DNA of 64,000 nt, from positions 1 through 64,000 of the forward strand of contig JBHGNT010000053.1 in the NCBI GenBank assembly GCA_043228905.1, read 5' to 3'. The DNA is from Azolla caroliniana. Lineage: Eukaryota > Plantae > Polypodiophyta. Below the pieces are notes generated by a model. It saw nothing but the letters and a program-made list of their open reading frames with translations, ran no database searches and was not told the DNA's origin. Of the stretch, positions 21,700 through 37,279 are shown piece by piece. Position 1 is the first letter of the stretch. Each line of letters begins with the position of its first letter. The position numbers and the translations under genes were made by a program.

Positions 21700-22705
21700 A
21701 ATGTACTTCTGATTGTGACAAGAGGCCTTCTTTCCTATCCTAACGTAAGATCCTTGAGGTTGCCGACAACTTTGTTGCCAAAGGATTACCATATGTTAAG
21801 TAGTCATGGACGAACTTCAAACATTATTGCCAAGAAAGCACTCATGGTTAATAGGTTCTGAACATTTAAATGCCTAATTACTATTAACAATATGCCTCCA
21901 CAAAGTTGCAAAGATCATTTTCGTATGGTATATACCCACCTTACTATTAACATCATGCCAACAAGAAGTTCTAATTATTTCTACCCAAGGTTGAGTGTCT
22001 ATGCACATACCTTTTAAAAGTTAAATTTTCGAGCTACCACATGATCAAAATTTACTGCTCCCCCCATTTTGGGTATATATATTGCTCCATGAAACCCAAC
22101 TCATACCAAAATTTGAGCCTTTTGTTCTATGATGTATATTTAGTGAACAAGCTAAATGATCAAGTGATTTCTTTGTCCATGGCAATAATGGCAAAAAATA
22201 AGAAATCATTGGAACCATTATTGCTTGTACCACTTTAAGGTGAGTACCAAATGACCAAGCTTGAGACATCCAATACATATACTTATCTAAAATCGTGTCT
22301 GATATCCAATTCAAACTTTGAGAAGGTGAAATATCAACATCAATAGGGAAATCTAAGTGCCGATACATATTTCCTTCATCTAATATTTGGCCACACCATC
22401 CAACATCAACCAAATCACTCTCAGTGCATCTAATAAGCATTGACTTCCACATATTAATAATCTTGATGCCAATGAAACACATTCCACACCTCCTCCATGA
22501 CTTTAGCTATATTACCAGGTACACCTTTGAGAAACAAAAATGGATCATCTACCAATTCTTGAACTACTAATTGTTTCTCAAATGGTAGAGCGAAGCCAAC
22601 TATTTCCCTAGATGCTGCCAACTCGTGCATCTTAACCAACAGTGGGTGTGTAGCAATGACAAATAATAATGGACTAAATGGGATCATTATCTTCGTAAAC
22701 CTTGT
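21700..22705 (-). mobile_element. Degenerate L1-type LINE reverse-transcriptase fragment
   Basis: PFSPLLFVIATHPLL...QELVDD(P)FLFL resembles the RT 'PLSPLLF...YADD' region; multiple frameshifts; boundaries approximate. Confidence 0.7.
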
Positions 22706-24078
22706 CAATGCACTACTTCGCTATGAATCCGTTCTTTGCCTAAATTTAGCAATTCAATTTTCGAATGTGGATTGATGCATCCTCGTCTAGCCTTTCCTAC
22801 ACTTGATTTCGTAATGCGTTTGTGATGAACTCCATTGGTGAAATTACATCTAAGCCGTAGACCAATCGAAATGTTGTCGAATTGATTGGTACTTTGAAGG
22901 AAGTCTGATATGGCCACAATGCTGAATGTAGATTAAGATCCCAATTGATTTGATGTTTATTCACCGTCTTCCTTAGGATTCACCGCAGAATCTTATGTGC
23001 GGATTTTGTTAATCCATTCGCCTAAGGATAGTATACAATACTCTTTTTGTGCACAAGCATATGCTTGGCTGTGAGCTTTGGTATGACCTTGTTAATGAAG
23101 TGACCACCCTGATCACTTACCAGCTCGATTGGGCAACCAAATTGAGTCATGATATTTTCATACAAAAATCGGGCTACCGATTTTGTACAATTATACCTTA
23201 GTGCCTTTGCTTCGACCCATTTTGTACAGCACTATGTTGCTATTATAATGTACATGTTGGTTTGTTTGAGTTGCTACTGGAATGAATGGTTCGACAAAGT
23301 CCAAACCCCCACTTTTTTTGAAAAGGTTCCAATGGCAACACTAGTTTGTATGCCATTCTTGATTTCTCCGTCGGCCATCCCAACAGTTTGGCAGACATCA
23401 CACTGTTTTGAGTAGAAGTGCATGTAGTTGGATACAAGTGGGCACCATAAGCCTTACGCACCGATCCATACTCTACTACGAGTGGTTACCTCACCTGAGT
23501 AGTGCCCGCTCGCCACTCCTTCGTGAGCTTCCTCGAGGATGGCAAGCTTCTCATGCTCCATGCTGCGTCTGCTCCTTGGTTGTATAGAGCATCGTGGATG
23601 ATACTAAATCTTTGACTACGCAATGTGAATTTCTTCCTTTGATCTCTTTTCAGACTTGGTGGTGGAATTCCCTGAGTCAAGAAGTACTCGATCTCCTTGT
23701 ACCGCCCCGCCCGTCTGGTCCTTTGATCTTCTTCGACTACTTCTTGTGTTAGAATGTCGCCATCCGGGATGTCGACCGGTACTCCTATTGCCGCATTGCC
23801 TGTTTCGATTCTTGATAGATAGTCAACCGATACGTGCAAGACTCTCGATGTGCGGATTATTGTAAACTCGAACTTCTGCAAGAGCAACATCCACCCTGTA
23901 GCTTGCCTGTTAGTTTTGCTTTAATTACCAAGTACATCAAGGCCAAATGATCTACATGAAATGTGACCTTATTCCCCAACAAGTAGTATCTAAACTTGTT
24001 AATCAAGTAGATCATGCCGAGCCCTTCTCGCTTGGTGGTTGAGTAGTTTCGTTCACCTTTGTTTAGCTTGATGAACAT
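22706..24078 (-). mobile_element. Degenerate Ty3/Gypsy RNase H-integrase fragment
   Basis: ERNYSTTKREGLGMIY..KFRYYLLG..FHVDH (RNase H), LLLQKFEFTI..DYLSR, and C..CQ..G..PFQKWG integrase remnants. Confidence 0.8.
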
Positions 24079-25095
24079 CCAAGATCCTAAGGGTTTAAAC
24101 CCCTAAACCCTAAACTGTTCAAATCTCTAATTTGATGCTAGAAATTACAATATTATTTAATAATTAATGCCAAGAATGATCATGTTGTTAACACTTTCCC
24201 AATTGTTCCATTACACCCCAAATTATACGCAACCAAAATGAGAATTTACACTCTACCTCAAACCATATTTCTAACACTCTTGAAACTTAGCTAGTGGTGT
24301 CCAAGGAACAATATAGACCAGATTATTTTCGTAAAAGATAAGCAAATGGGACAGTAATCTATCACTTTGTCATTTGATTTAAAAATGACCTCAAAGAACC
24401 CATGCGAACTTTCATAAAAGTCTTCTGCACTATTTCTACCCACCATAACATTTAACCATTGAGTAACCTAACTTACCAAAGGCTTTCCCCTCATAATGAA
24501 GCAAATAATACCTCGCTGATGAAACATGAAAAAATCCTTCAAGATATCCCAACACGACATCTCCACTTCGACAATATCATCAACTTCTACATTCACCATT
24601 TATATATATTATTAGGTAAAATGTCATGTAATGCTTGGTTAGAAACCACATGAATTACTTCTCAATATTGGTCCTTCATCTCCTCATCTTCTACAATAAT
24701 ATGTGAGTCTAATGGTTTTGAAATAATATCTATATCCTCCCCTTGCATATTATTAATGCCAATCTTTTGATTCTTCAAATCGGTATCGTCTTCTCCTTCT
24801 CTCTATTTCTCTTTTATCCATCCATCCATCCATCCATTCCATGAACTATGCCCAATTTTAAGGATAAGGAATTAAAGAGAAAGATAATTTAACATTTAAC
24901 ATTCGCATTCGAAGATGACATGCCATGTTATAAACCTAGACGACATCCTTTTATGTTACAAACCCGAACAAAGATTGATTTAAAGCTTGTGGAGAAAAAC
25001 AACTTTGCTGCAATGCTCCTGATTGAACTGATGTAGCAAAATTGGTGTACAACCAAAAATCTTGAGCTTCTCTAAATCTAACTCACTCACTCTCT

Positions 25096-25114
25096 ATGTC
25101 TATGGTTTTATCAT

Positions 25115-25175
<61 letters not shown>
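25096..25175. repeat. (CT)n(CA)n compound microsatellite
   Basis: Direct reading. Confidence 0.9.
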
Positions 25176-28100
25176 CTATTTTACTCTTTGTGGAATCTTA
25201 ACTCCACAACGCCCTTCGTGGAAGTTCCACGGAACCTCAATTCCACTAGAGACCAATGCTCTTTATAGCTCACATTTTGCATCCAAATGTTCCTAATAGA
25301 ATATGAACCCTTTACCTTATTGTTTTAAAAGAATAACTTTCACCACTTGATCTACCTCGGTTAAATTTAAATTCTTAGATGTTATGTCTTTTTTCAGTAA
25401 CCGCTTTCTTTGTAATTGAAAAAATAAGATTTGATTCTATTATTTTTAGAATGTTTTTATAAAATTCTATAGGATCTGGAACTATCCATAACTCCAAATC
25501 AAAAATTGAATTTATCTTTATTTCTGAATATTTTTTGTTGATAGAAAATTTGTCAAACACTATTCCTGATTGAAATATACATCTTATATTTTAGTAAAAA
25601 TGAAAAGAATGCTCCATTTTCTGGTAAAAATCGTGAGAAAGGATGGTAATTGTTATTACTTTGAAATCATAATGTTGAGGATTTTTCCAGGGACATATAT
25701 CTTCTTCACAATGTCCTTATCACCGATGTATTTTCTCACATTCTTATTATCCAACGCTGCTGCGAGTGCAATGGCTTCATCAACAACAGCTGAAACTTGA
25801 ATAGTACCTCTTGTCTTCCCATTTATTTGGATTGGTAATGTAACAAATTCTTCTGTGAGATATTCTTTCATCACCTGGCATCAGGGTGGGAAATGTGATG
25901 TAAAATATATGCATATTTATTGCACAAAAACCAGAATTGATTATGAGATGAGATTGGCTAAATGATTTCAATATTACACACCTTTGGCCATGGTTCATAT
26001 GCAAGGCTTTGATGATGGCCAAGTCGTTGCCATAATTCCTCAGCCAAATGAGGAGCAAAAGGCGAGAGTAACAAAATAAAACTTTCCAACACTTGTCGAG
26101 GCCGATCCTCCCACTACAAGACCATTAAATCCTTTAAACAAAAGGTCATCCAATCCTCACAACAGAGTAAAACAGGAATAAAAATTTAGCAAGTATTAAG
26201 TTCGAACAAGCCAGACTCCAAGTTTGAAAGTGAACCTTGTTTGCTGCATTTGTGAATTCCATCATCGCTGCAATAGCTGTATTGAAACGCATTCCTTCAA
26301 GTTCGTCTGTTACCTGGGTTTTTTATGGCCACAGCAATAAGAGCATTACGCAAGCTAGCTATATTAAAGGAATGAGAAAATACTGAAAACAGTTACCTTC
26401 TGAATGCACTGATGCAATATTCGGAGCTGTTCAGAAGAAGGTTTGTTTTCAGTAACAACACAGCCTTCTCGATATAAACCTGTTGTTGTGGCAGGCAAAC
26501 CAACTACTAGCCTCCATGCCCGACCTAAGAAGCGATGGACTCCTTCTACCCCATTGGTATTCCATATTTTGGTATCCCTAGAGAACAATACCCATAACAA
26601 AGAACTCTGACTTCACGTAAAGAAAACCTCAAATAAAAGAGCATTAATGCATGCAAAAACGCTGTAAATACAAAAACGTTCGCGAAATCCAAACTCTATA
26701 CTTACTGTTAGAAATTTCCGTTGTAAAAATATGGGTTCTAAAGACATGCCAAAATCACTTAAAGTAGATCAGTATTAACCTCAATGGACCCATGAACATC
26801 TCGTACAACCGTAAAGAATCTGCCCCATAATCATTGATTATATCATCTGGATTGATCACATTACCCCTGCTCTTGCTCATTTTGAAAGCCCTTGCAATAA
26901 CCCTGATATTTGGAAAGTCTTTAAGCACATAGCTCTCCCCAACTTTCAAAACCTAAAGTAAAAATCAACTGAAATTTATGAATTCTGGGAAAGAGGATTC
27001 ATACAAAGATGTTTCCTCCCTTCTAATTTTTATTTCCCTTTCTATTAGCTCTATAGAAAAAGGATTCACACCTTATTAAAAGAGAAAAGTGCACTGATCT
27101 AAGAATTCAAATCAAGAGGCTAGAGAGAGACTATAATCAATTCATTAAGCATCTAATTAGTGGTAAGAAAATTCTAGGATTTACATTCTAACATAACACT
27201 TACTCAATGTGAACTAATCATATAACTTTATAGTTATGTTAGAATCTAATTAGAGGTAAGGAAATCCTAGGATTTAGATGCTAACATAACACTTAATGTG
27301 AGCTTTGGGATACCTTCACGAATTCCTGTGGGTGTCACATTCATAAGCACTTCTGAGAGCTTTGAAATAGTACAGCCAGACATGATTATATGCAGCATTG
27401 ATGTTACAAGAGAGACAGTATCGATGAGCACTATTTCAGGAGCCTTGCACATTCATCGCATAATCTAGGCCGCTGAACTTCCAGATCAACATGCATCCAC
27501 ATTCTCCTACTTCTGTGAGATTTGGACTCCACCTCAACATCCACTCCCACTCCCACCTAACATGATATAATCTTGGGAATCAAGATCAGTGCCACCTATG
27601 GCAGTTCCTTTTAAGATAGTCCTAGAATCCCTCTCCTCCACACGTGATGTATGGAGACATGGACAAATGATCAATGTTGTCGTTTTTGCACTAGGATTGA
27701 AGGTGCTTTCCATACCTTGGAGACCCTTTCATCTTGGAGTGGCCCATGGTGGAGATCTATTGAAGGCAGAATTTTCGGTCTACCTAACTTCAGAATCTTA
27801 CATGCTTAGCTAAGGAAACAACATTTGTAGATGAGTTTCAATCTCTCATTTGGTCTGATTGGCCATGTTGGCCTCTTAAAGGATGAAAATATATCTTTCT
27901 TTCTTCGCAAGGACTACACCAACCATTTAGATTAACCATCAGATTGAGTAGAAGACTGAGAGAAACAGTCACAGCAGCTCATGTCTAGAGTGATCCCGCA
28001 GTTCATACTATGGGAATGGTTTAACCAACTAACCCACCACACGCCATCCATTATGAGTTGCATAATTCTCTATAGTATATATTGTTCTCGTACATCATAT

Positions 28101-29027
28101 AACAATAAGAACACATCACATGCCATGATGATCGTCATAGAGTACATATATCATCGTCATCATCGACTATGTCTTTCAGTGTAATCTGTCTTATTTGTCC
28201 TTCATTAGGTAGCTAGAGAAGGCCATTGTCCATACTTCAGCATTACCAGACGCATTTATAATTTTATTATTTTCTTTCTTTCAAAGATAACAATCACTTC
28301 TTGTCTGTTTTCTGTTGTTTTGTTATATAAGCTCCTATTGTCACTACTGTCCATACTTGGAAGAGATTTTTAAAAACATGTTACCAAGACAAACACCTAT
28401 ATTCAAATGGGGAAAATGTTTAATCTCCAATCCATGTCATGTACTTGTCTAGTAATGATGACCTTTACCTAATCCCTAATTTGGGAAGTATTACTCATAC
28501 AGTTAAAAAAATAAAAAAATGTTCTTGATACATTTTGCATCAAAATTTACCTGGGTTTCTGGTACTTTTTCCTGAGTATAGTTATACCCTCCATCCACAC
28601 ACTCAGCTGAGACAAAGTTTCCTGAATGATCTCTATTGACTATGTACTCGACCTACAGATGCAGAATAACACCTTTTTAAAGAAGGTTCTTATAAGGTTT
28701 GACTTGGATATATTGTTTGAAAATCTAAAAGACGCATACTTCTCCAAGAATCATGCCTTGATTCACCAAGCATTGAAATGGCTCTTTGGTTGATACAACT
28801 CCAATATCATAAAGAACCTGAAGCATAAGATTTTGAACAAAGAAAGTTATGTTGCATCTTTCATCACAAACAATCTGATAAGGATTGCATGTAAGGAACT
28901 TGTCATGAAAATTGCATTCTTTAATGTCATTTGTCAGTGTGATTTTACATTGCTAATAGGTGATAGAAGTTATAGATCTAATGTGCTTTTCAATTCCACT
29001 GAATACTACTTGAGCACAACCCTCACT

Positions 29028-29345
29028 AGATCACACAGCATATAATGTAAAGCTCAGCAGGAATTATAAGGTTGTTCGGTGGAGACCAAAAGATCATGTG
29101 TTCAACCCCTAGATTCTATCGTGGCATCTGGTAAATTAGTGCAGTTCGTACAATTTGAATCTATGTGCATCTAATACTAATTTAAGAACAACCTCAACTT
29201 GATCACACAACATATAATGTAAAGCTTGGCAGGAAGTATAAGGTTGTTTGGTGGAGACCAATAGGTCATGTATTCAAGAACCCTACATTCTATAGTGGCA
29301 TCTGGTAAATTAGTGCACTTAGGAAGATATGAATCTAGGTGCATA
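29028..29345. repeat. Degenerate ~170-bp tandem duplication in a LeuRS intron
   Basis: GATCACACA(G/A)CATATAATGTAAAGCT...GGCATCTGGTAAATTAGTGCA occurs twice. Confidence 0.8.
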
Positions 29346-32300
29346 GGTTATTGAAAACATAGCTTGCCACTATGGTAGAAGCGCAATATGAAGAAAAACG
29401 TATCCACAAAAAATATTATATATTCATTCATGCATTGAAAATCTCTTTAGATACCTTGTGCCAAAACCTTGCATACAATAAGCGTAAAACAGAATGTTCT
29501 GCACCTCCTACATACAGATCAACCGGGCCCCAATACCTGAAAAGTTTTGGATGCATATAGTAAAGCTTCCTATTTTAATGTATATTTTTTCTACTAAGAC
29601 CTGCTACAATACTATAAAATTTACCTCTCCTTTTCAGGGTCAACCAAAGACTTTACATTATGTGGATCCATAAACCTGAGATAATACCTGAATATATAGC
29701 CACTATTAGATACCATTCCACAATCACATGTACACTCTTTTCTGAAAATATGACCTTTATTGGATGATTGTGAGTTGATGGTGTATACCAGCATGAGCCT
29801 GCCCATTGTGGCATAGTGTTTGTTTCCCTCCTTGCAGGCTTCCCTGTTTCTGGATCAATTGTCTTCACCTGTAAAAATTAGTTCATGAAAATGTGTAGAA
29901 AACAGAATCTTCATGAATCCATAATCCAAAATGTTATTTATTGTTTGATATACGAATTAGTATCTGTTAATATTTTGTGATTTTGAGGCATGATATGCCC
30001 AACAATGAGTAATCACCTCTATTTATTGTTCAAAATCAATTGGCTTACATGTTACAGTCCTTCTCTACTACAGTGAGTTCCTTCACTATCAGAGGATACT
30101 AAACTGCTTACCTACAGTGAGTTCCTATTTGTTTACCTACTAGTCAAATGCACCAATTACCTAGCAGGTAAGAGACCTTCTGTTAAGGATGCATGCATCT
30201 TATTATGGTATACTTCAGAGGGCCACTGTTCTTACACACTTAGTAGAAACTCATCCCCCGTGCCCGAAATTAAAAATAATATTATTCACATATTTGATTC
30301 ATGGGATTTATCAGAGATAGATATTCCAGACCTCAATAGGGCCTAGACATTGGGCATTGCATATCATTTAATCATTTATCATAAATACTAGTATGCTCAT
30401 CAAGGGACTTCTCTCACATTGAGCATATGTTCGGCCAAGCATACTCTCTGCAGCTTGAGCCCAGGTATAATCTTAACACTGTTTCATTCATTAGTTGAGG
30501 AAGGGAAGATTCAATAGGCTGTACATTGCTCCTAACACCAACAGGCCGACTTGTTGCATGGCTTTCACTCACTAACAGAGATCTGTTCACCATCATGCTC
30601 ATACCCATCCTCCAATCCCACCATGCACACAAGTCTATTCCTCATCTCCTCCTCAATAGAATAAACCGTAGTGTCCTTGCTCTGGATAACACTAGATTCC
30701 CACAGCAGAGGGCAAGTTGGGAAAACCTCATTTCTAGGAAAAAATCCTGAATTATGGTTATGGCTGTACCTCAGGACAATATGATATATAAATGAACCGA
30801 GACTGAGCATAACTAAAAAAGCAGCATAGCAAGCACATTCAAAATATCTAATGAAAACCTGCAATTACTCCAATAATAGAATCTTGTTAATCCTAAATTT
30901 AACAACAAATGATATTTTATTTAGCCTTACCCAATCCACTGCTTTTGACAGTGGTGGATCACCAGTTCCAGAAGGAGAAAATTCATCTAGTTCAGGAAGA
31001 ATTATGGGTAGGTCATCCTCATTGATTGCCTTAGTTTCACCTGTATCATTCAGGAAAATTATAGGGAAAGGTTCACCCCAATACCGTTGACGTGCAAATA
31101 ACCAATCTCGAAGCTTGTAGTTGACCTAACAAACATGTACGCACAATGCTTTATCTTATAACAAAGAAATTCCAGTGGAGAAAATTATATCTGAATTAGC
31201 AATTATGCCAGTCAAGAATGTGGTGCCGTTTGTCCTTTTAATATTGCTAAATTACCTGACGTTTACCATAGCCTCTGTTTTCAAGCCATTCTATAACTCG
31301 TTGAGCTGCTTGATCAGTAGGTAAACCATTCCAATCAATACCAGTATCACCATACGAAGAATTAACTACTATTCCTTGACCAGTGTATGCAGCTTTTCCA
31401 TCCCACTGTGTAATATTTTCAGGGGATACGACGAGGCGCTCTGGTAAGCCAAATTTCTTTGCAAATTCATATCTCGCGTATCATGTGCAGGAACGGCCAT
31501 AATTGCACCTGTGCCATAACTGCCATAACATCATTCCACAACATCAATCACACAGAAATATTGTGCACTATAAGTTTCACGTAGCAATAAACAGGAACAC
31601 CCGTTTTACTGTTTCTATCAACACATTTTACAATTAAAGCAAAAGAAACAATCTGTCTCTGTGCACTTCTTATCATACACGAAGTGATGGTTGGCAATGG
31701 CATTGCGTGAAGTTCCATCTCTAATGCATACTACAAACATTCAAATGAAAACAGATAAGCTGTGTCTGTGTGCTTCTGACTACCTGCTATATATTCGAGG
31801 AAGTAAGTATATGCTCCCTATTTACAGGCCCCAAAATTTGCAATCATAAAACTGGAAATAGATAACAAGACCTCAGAAAGACGGAGTTTGGAATTTGGGA
31901 TCGTCCGATCACACATTCATGATTCCATGCTCTTATATTGGTTGCAGACATGGTTTTCCATGAAGAATACTGGATGCACTAGAAATATTTTGTCAGCAGT
32001 CAATGTTTTGAGACATCTGCTCGAAAATGGACACCAGATAGCAGGTAGTATCACCTTTGCCATTAATAACATCAGGGTTTTCTATCGAACCGTGCAGTTC
32101 ACTCTCTTATTCAGTGATAAATTTTTCTTTGCGAGGATTAAATGGCCTGTTATTTGGAATCCCCTAGTTACAGTTTCCTAGAGACATTGGTTAAGAGAAT
32201 GCACACATTGATTAGGCTGATTGGGATCTCATCTTGTCAACTTCTTCCTTACAGTGAACTTCTGGGTGCTCCCTGGTTAATTGCCTGCCATATGATATTG

Positions 32301-34739
32301 CTCAAGATGTTTCACAGCATATTATGAACATTTCTAATGCCATTCCTCCCGCCTGGACAGATAACTCCCCAGTGGTTTCTTTGATGAGTTATAGGCCCCA
32401 ATCTGGTACTTTATAAGCACTTCTATCTTTAGCATTGATCCTATGGATCAGTTTCATCTGCATATTCCCCATAATCTTGTTGATGATGAACATAAGTGGC
32501 AATTTGGATATGTTGCCTTTTGCGGAAAAATATTACTGTCATAGACATATTCAATTTTGGACTGTTTCTAGCATTTACGTTATGGTATATGTAGAAAAGC
32601 CGATGCTCTCACATTCTCAGACACAAAGCATTCTAGTTCTTTTTCTTTGATTGTTCACCCGGAGATATTGTTTGTATATACTCTCCAGTAGTGACTCATT
32701 TCTGTTGTTTAATCTTATCAGCCATTTTGGCCTCTTAAAAGAAGTTAATATTTCTTTCTTTCTTGGCTCCTCTTAGCATTGACTGAGATATTACAGCCAT
32801 GGTACTTGCATATAGCATTTCTGCACATCCATAACAATTAACTCGAAACTTCTATTAACCTTTATAACACAGAATATGATCGCACAGATTCATCAGTCAA
32901 GAGGATTAGGAACCCAGCATATTTAATTAGGAGCTCCCAAGGAGCAAACTACTACTGCTAACATAGCTGCAAACTTCTACAGTTCTTCAAACCCCTGAAA
33001 GTTGCAAAGGTTGGCTAGTCACCACAAAGTCCATCATTGTAAAATCTACCACTTCTGTTCTCTTGTTGAAACCATATAAGAAAGACCTCTTATTTGCAGT
33101 GAAGAATTTATACTACCGTTGAAACCATATAATATCCCATGCCCACATAAGAAAGACCCTAACACAATGACGTTGCTGAAATAATAGCGACCAGAAAGCT
33201 AGACAAAAACTGTGAAAAACAATCGAAAAAAAAAGAATGCCAGTTAACTATCAGAGTGTAAAGATATATATACAGAGAAAGAGAGGTTGTGGCCATAGAA
33301 AGGGAGATGCACTTAATTATGAAATAAAAAATGAATAAATAGCTGAAAAAAAACAAAAAACAAATTGGCTCCTCTCTGTACCCAAATATGAACCCATTGG
33401 GATGCTATAAATTCCGAGAAACACTCTAATTTTAGAAAATAAATAAGGTCACAAAAGTTTCCTGAGGCTATTTTACTCATTTTGTTTCTTGTTCCAGCAG
33501 TTTTGACTTTTCACATCTCCCAGGTACAAAACACACTTTTGATGAATACACATTTGTAGTTGGATACCCATTGTTCCCAAAGTATTATAGCTCAATAGGG
33601 TTTAGGTTTTAAACTTGAATATAATTTACCGATCATTGGGGAGTGAGGATGAGAATTGGACTCCTGTGGACATACTGCCATCGCTATTGACAAGTATTGA
33701 GATGGAAGATATGGAGGCAGTGCACATTGTGATTCATGCTAGCAAAGTAAGGTATCCATATCATGATGAATTGGATGCCCAGCATGTGTTGGCAGCAAGC
33801 AAATGTTTAGTCTTTTACTACCTTCATATTTGAGGTTGAGAAGTCTTGGAGGTGACCCCAATTTAGGTTGCGCTAACATGTACTACAGGTGCTACCTAAT
33901 CATGGCAAACCCATTCAATCTCAACTTCTAATTACAAAGAATCATTTGTCTAAGCCAATGTGGACTAGTTGGCATTCATAAAATGGCTGTAAATAATATG
34001 GACACGGATAAAATGAGGATTCAATGTGTTAAAATTTGGTCATACTTCTGGGTATGAGGGTTCAAGATCTTAATGTTTCAAGAAATGGGTGCATCACCCA
34101 AAAAAGGCATCAAGATCTTTCGTGTCAATGATAGGCAATAGTGAAACAAGGGTTGAAACTCATGCAATATCATAAGCTCATGGTCCACACTAGTGGACAC
34201 CAGAGGGATTTCATGAAGCAAACAGTAATTGATAGTACAAAAATAGATTCATACAATACCTGTGTGTGTAGATTTTCACATCACATTCAGGTTTCTGACC
34301 AGTAATATAATGCATAACCTATAAAAGAGCGTTTGTGTGCATGTACACAGTTGGGCAAATCCGTTTTCGGATCTGTGCATATATACATTCAGCAAGAGTG
34401 AAAAAGTAATGAACAAATAAATTTGTTGAGACTAGGCATGTGAAAAACTTTTGGACACTTCCGTCATGAAGAACAATCCAATGGACAACATGACAGACTC
34501 ACAAGTTGGTTGTAAAAAGTTTGCAAACATTTTAGACTAGAAACAATGATATATTAATTCTAAGTGGCCAAAAAGACCTATAAGCCCAAACAAGAGATTG
34601 CATCTTAATATGTTGTCTCATCTTTGAGAACAACAAACTAACTAAAATATATATAATTTAATATAGGATACTAAAAAAAATAGTTACCTAGAAAAAGCTC
34701 AAAACAAAATCATCGCTTCAGCTTTTCCTATATGCCATT

Positions 34740-35000
34740 CCTAACCTCCATCTTGTTTGTTGCCCATGGTTTCAACTATCCCTTAATCCCTACATAATTC
34801 CCAGCTAACTACTTAAATTATACCACATTAATTAATCTTATTTTTCTGTCAGAATGTTACTCCTTTTGCCCAACCTCCATCTTGGTTGTTGCCCAAGGTC
34901 TCAACTATCCTTGCACCCCCACATAACTCCCATCTAACTACTTATATTATACCACATATATTATTTAATCGTATTTTTCTGTCAGAGTGTTACTCTTTTC
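34740..35000. repeat. Degenerate ~130-bp tandem duplication in a LeuRS intron
   Basis: AACCTCCATCTTG.TTGTTGCCCA...TTTTTCTGTCAGA.TGTTACTC occurs twice. Confidence 0.8.
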
Positions 35001-37279
35001 CACTTTTAGGTGCATGATTGTCAAATACTTGCAACCCTCAATTATCATCTATTTACATAGACAACAAGAATTTTATTTGTTGCTGAAAAGTATATATGAA
35101 TTCAAGTAAATTTATGAACATAAAAAGAACTAACAAATCAAGATTAATAAACATTGGTATGAAAAACTTGAAGCAATTTTAAATATTTTACGTAGTACTC
35201 TGATAATGAGTTTTTTTATTAGATACCTTCCTAAGACATAGTCTGCAACCCATATTGGAATAGCTTCATTGGTTGCTGGGTTAAGTGCATACATTCCAGT
35301 GAAAACTCCCCTTTTTTCTTTCTGAAGATCAGTTCTCTCTAAATCACTCTTTCTGGCAGCAGACTCAACATATGCACGAACCTTCAGAAATTCATTGACA
35401 TACTTCAGCACCAAAATATTAAAAAATCAAAGCTGAAAAATAAGGTCTTCTACCTCCTCTTGTTGTGTAGATGATACCAAGGACTGTAGAAGGGGATGCT
35501 CTGGTGCAATAACTAAGTAGCTGCATTTTCAACCAGCTATTATGCACGATTGGAATTGCATCATGAAAACACAAATCTGATAGAATATGCACATGAAACA
35601 AGAACGGCAAGTCTCTGGTATGGCTTACGTGGCACCACAAAGTGTGTCTGGCCTGGTTGTATAGACCTGAAGACTAAGAGACTGTTCATTTTCTCTCTTT
35701 ACACGGAATTCAATCACAGCCCCTTCAGATCTTCCAATCCAATTACGTTGCATGTCTTTGATACTTTCTGGCCAATCCAGTTCATCCAAGTCTTTAATCA
35801 AGCGGTCTGCGTACTTAGTTATTTTCAGCATCCATTGCCGCATGGGCTGCAATATTAATGGCACTGTCACATGTGAACTGATATGACCCCCTTATGGTAA
35901 AGCCTTTTGGATCAGCAAAACATTTGAACAGTCATGGAAATAGTGAAACATTTCCTTTTTGACTACTTAAGGTTAAAACAAGAGTTGACCTTCCGTATAA
36001 CTGGATGACCACCACGCTCACTTAGGCCATCTATTACTTCCTCATTAGCCAGCACAGTACCCAACGCAGGACACCAATTAACAAGTACCTCCGCCTGCAT
36101 CAAACAAATATGCTTTCAGAGAAGTCAAGTCAACGCAGAAGCCAAAATTAGAAAAGCAAAAAAATAAAGACTAACCCAAAAAAAATGCAGAATACATCTA
36201 TTACGAATCAGATATTTTTGGAAGGCAAGTAGCTTGATATTCTATTTATTATGATGACAAGATATATTATGAGATTATTTTCAATAAAACCTTTTTCTGT
36301 TCCATCTTGGATACAGTAACTCTACAATGATTTTGTATCACATACAAGTGGTCTGTCTTCTCCTGGATAAACAATCCTGGAAGCGATAGCTCAAATAATG
36401 CAAAAGGTCACTATATCCTTTTTTCTGACCTGTGCCATGCAGATATATTTCCTTTTGTGTGTCAGCTTCTCAATTACCTGGTATGCAAGGTCCATTTTAA
36501 ACAATTGAAGAAAAATCCACTGTGTCCACTTGTAGTACTCAGGTTCAGTTGTTGAAATTTCCCTTTGCCAGTCATACGAGAAACCTAATGATTTTAACTG
36601 TAAACCCAATATCAACATGAAGTATTATTTCTCTAGAAGCACACACCTGTAGGCAACAAGAACTTAAATGTTGAACGTCTGTTAAATTAATGGGTAAACC
36701 AATAATGCTGATATTAACAAAACTTGTCTATTAAATGCAAAAAAGGGATCTATGAAAAGCTGACTACAGATGTAATCTGGCTACGGATTAAAATCGTTGA
36801 AAGCGCCCTCAACTAATGGTAAGCTATGTAGGAGACATGTGGGGTGTACATGAGAGAGATCTAAAAACTCTTACATGGGAGAGCTCACTCTAATCCTTTG
36901 GAAATCTGGAGCCTAGTAAAATTATTACTGTTTGCTGTTTTCCCCAATGGATCCAGAGAGAGTACTTTCAAAAAATTTAAGATTCCAGTCATCTTACATG
37001 CTGGACACATGAACACACACTGATTGTACTTGATGTTTAATAGAACTATGTGTGAGGGTTTATTGAGACTCAGGGTACACCCCCCATTATTGTGCCTATT
37101 CTCCAGACATGAGACCCTTCCTTTACGATTAACTATTGCATTATCATCGGTTGCATAAAAACTTGGCATTATCATCTGTTTCTCAGGTTTCCTACATATA
37201 CCATTTTCCCTTCATAGACCAAAACATTTAACTGTTGATCATTTCGTTAACTAAAACTTATTATGGTAAAAATTCAACT

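Noticed and set aside
18259-24115. CCCTAAA telomere-like motifs (about 18259-18273 and 24101-24114)
   Set aside because: Only two units each; common telo-box-like interstitial motifs, not evidence of a chromosome end or fusion.
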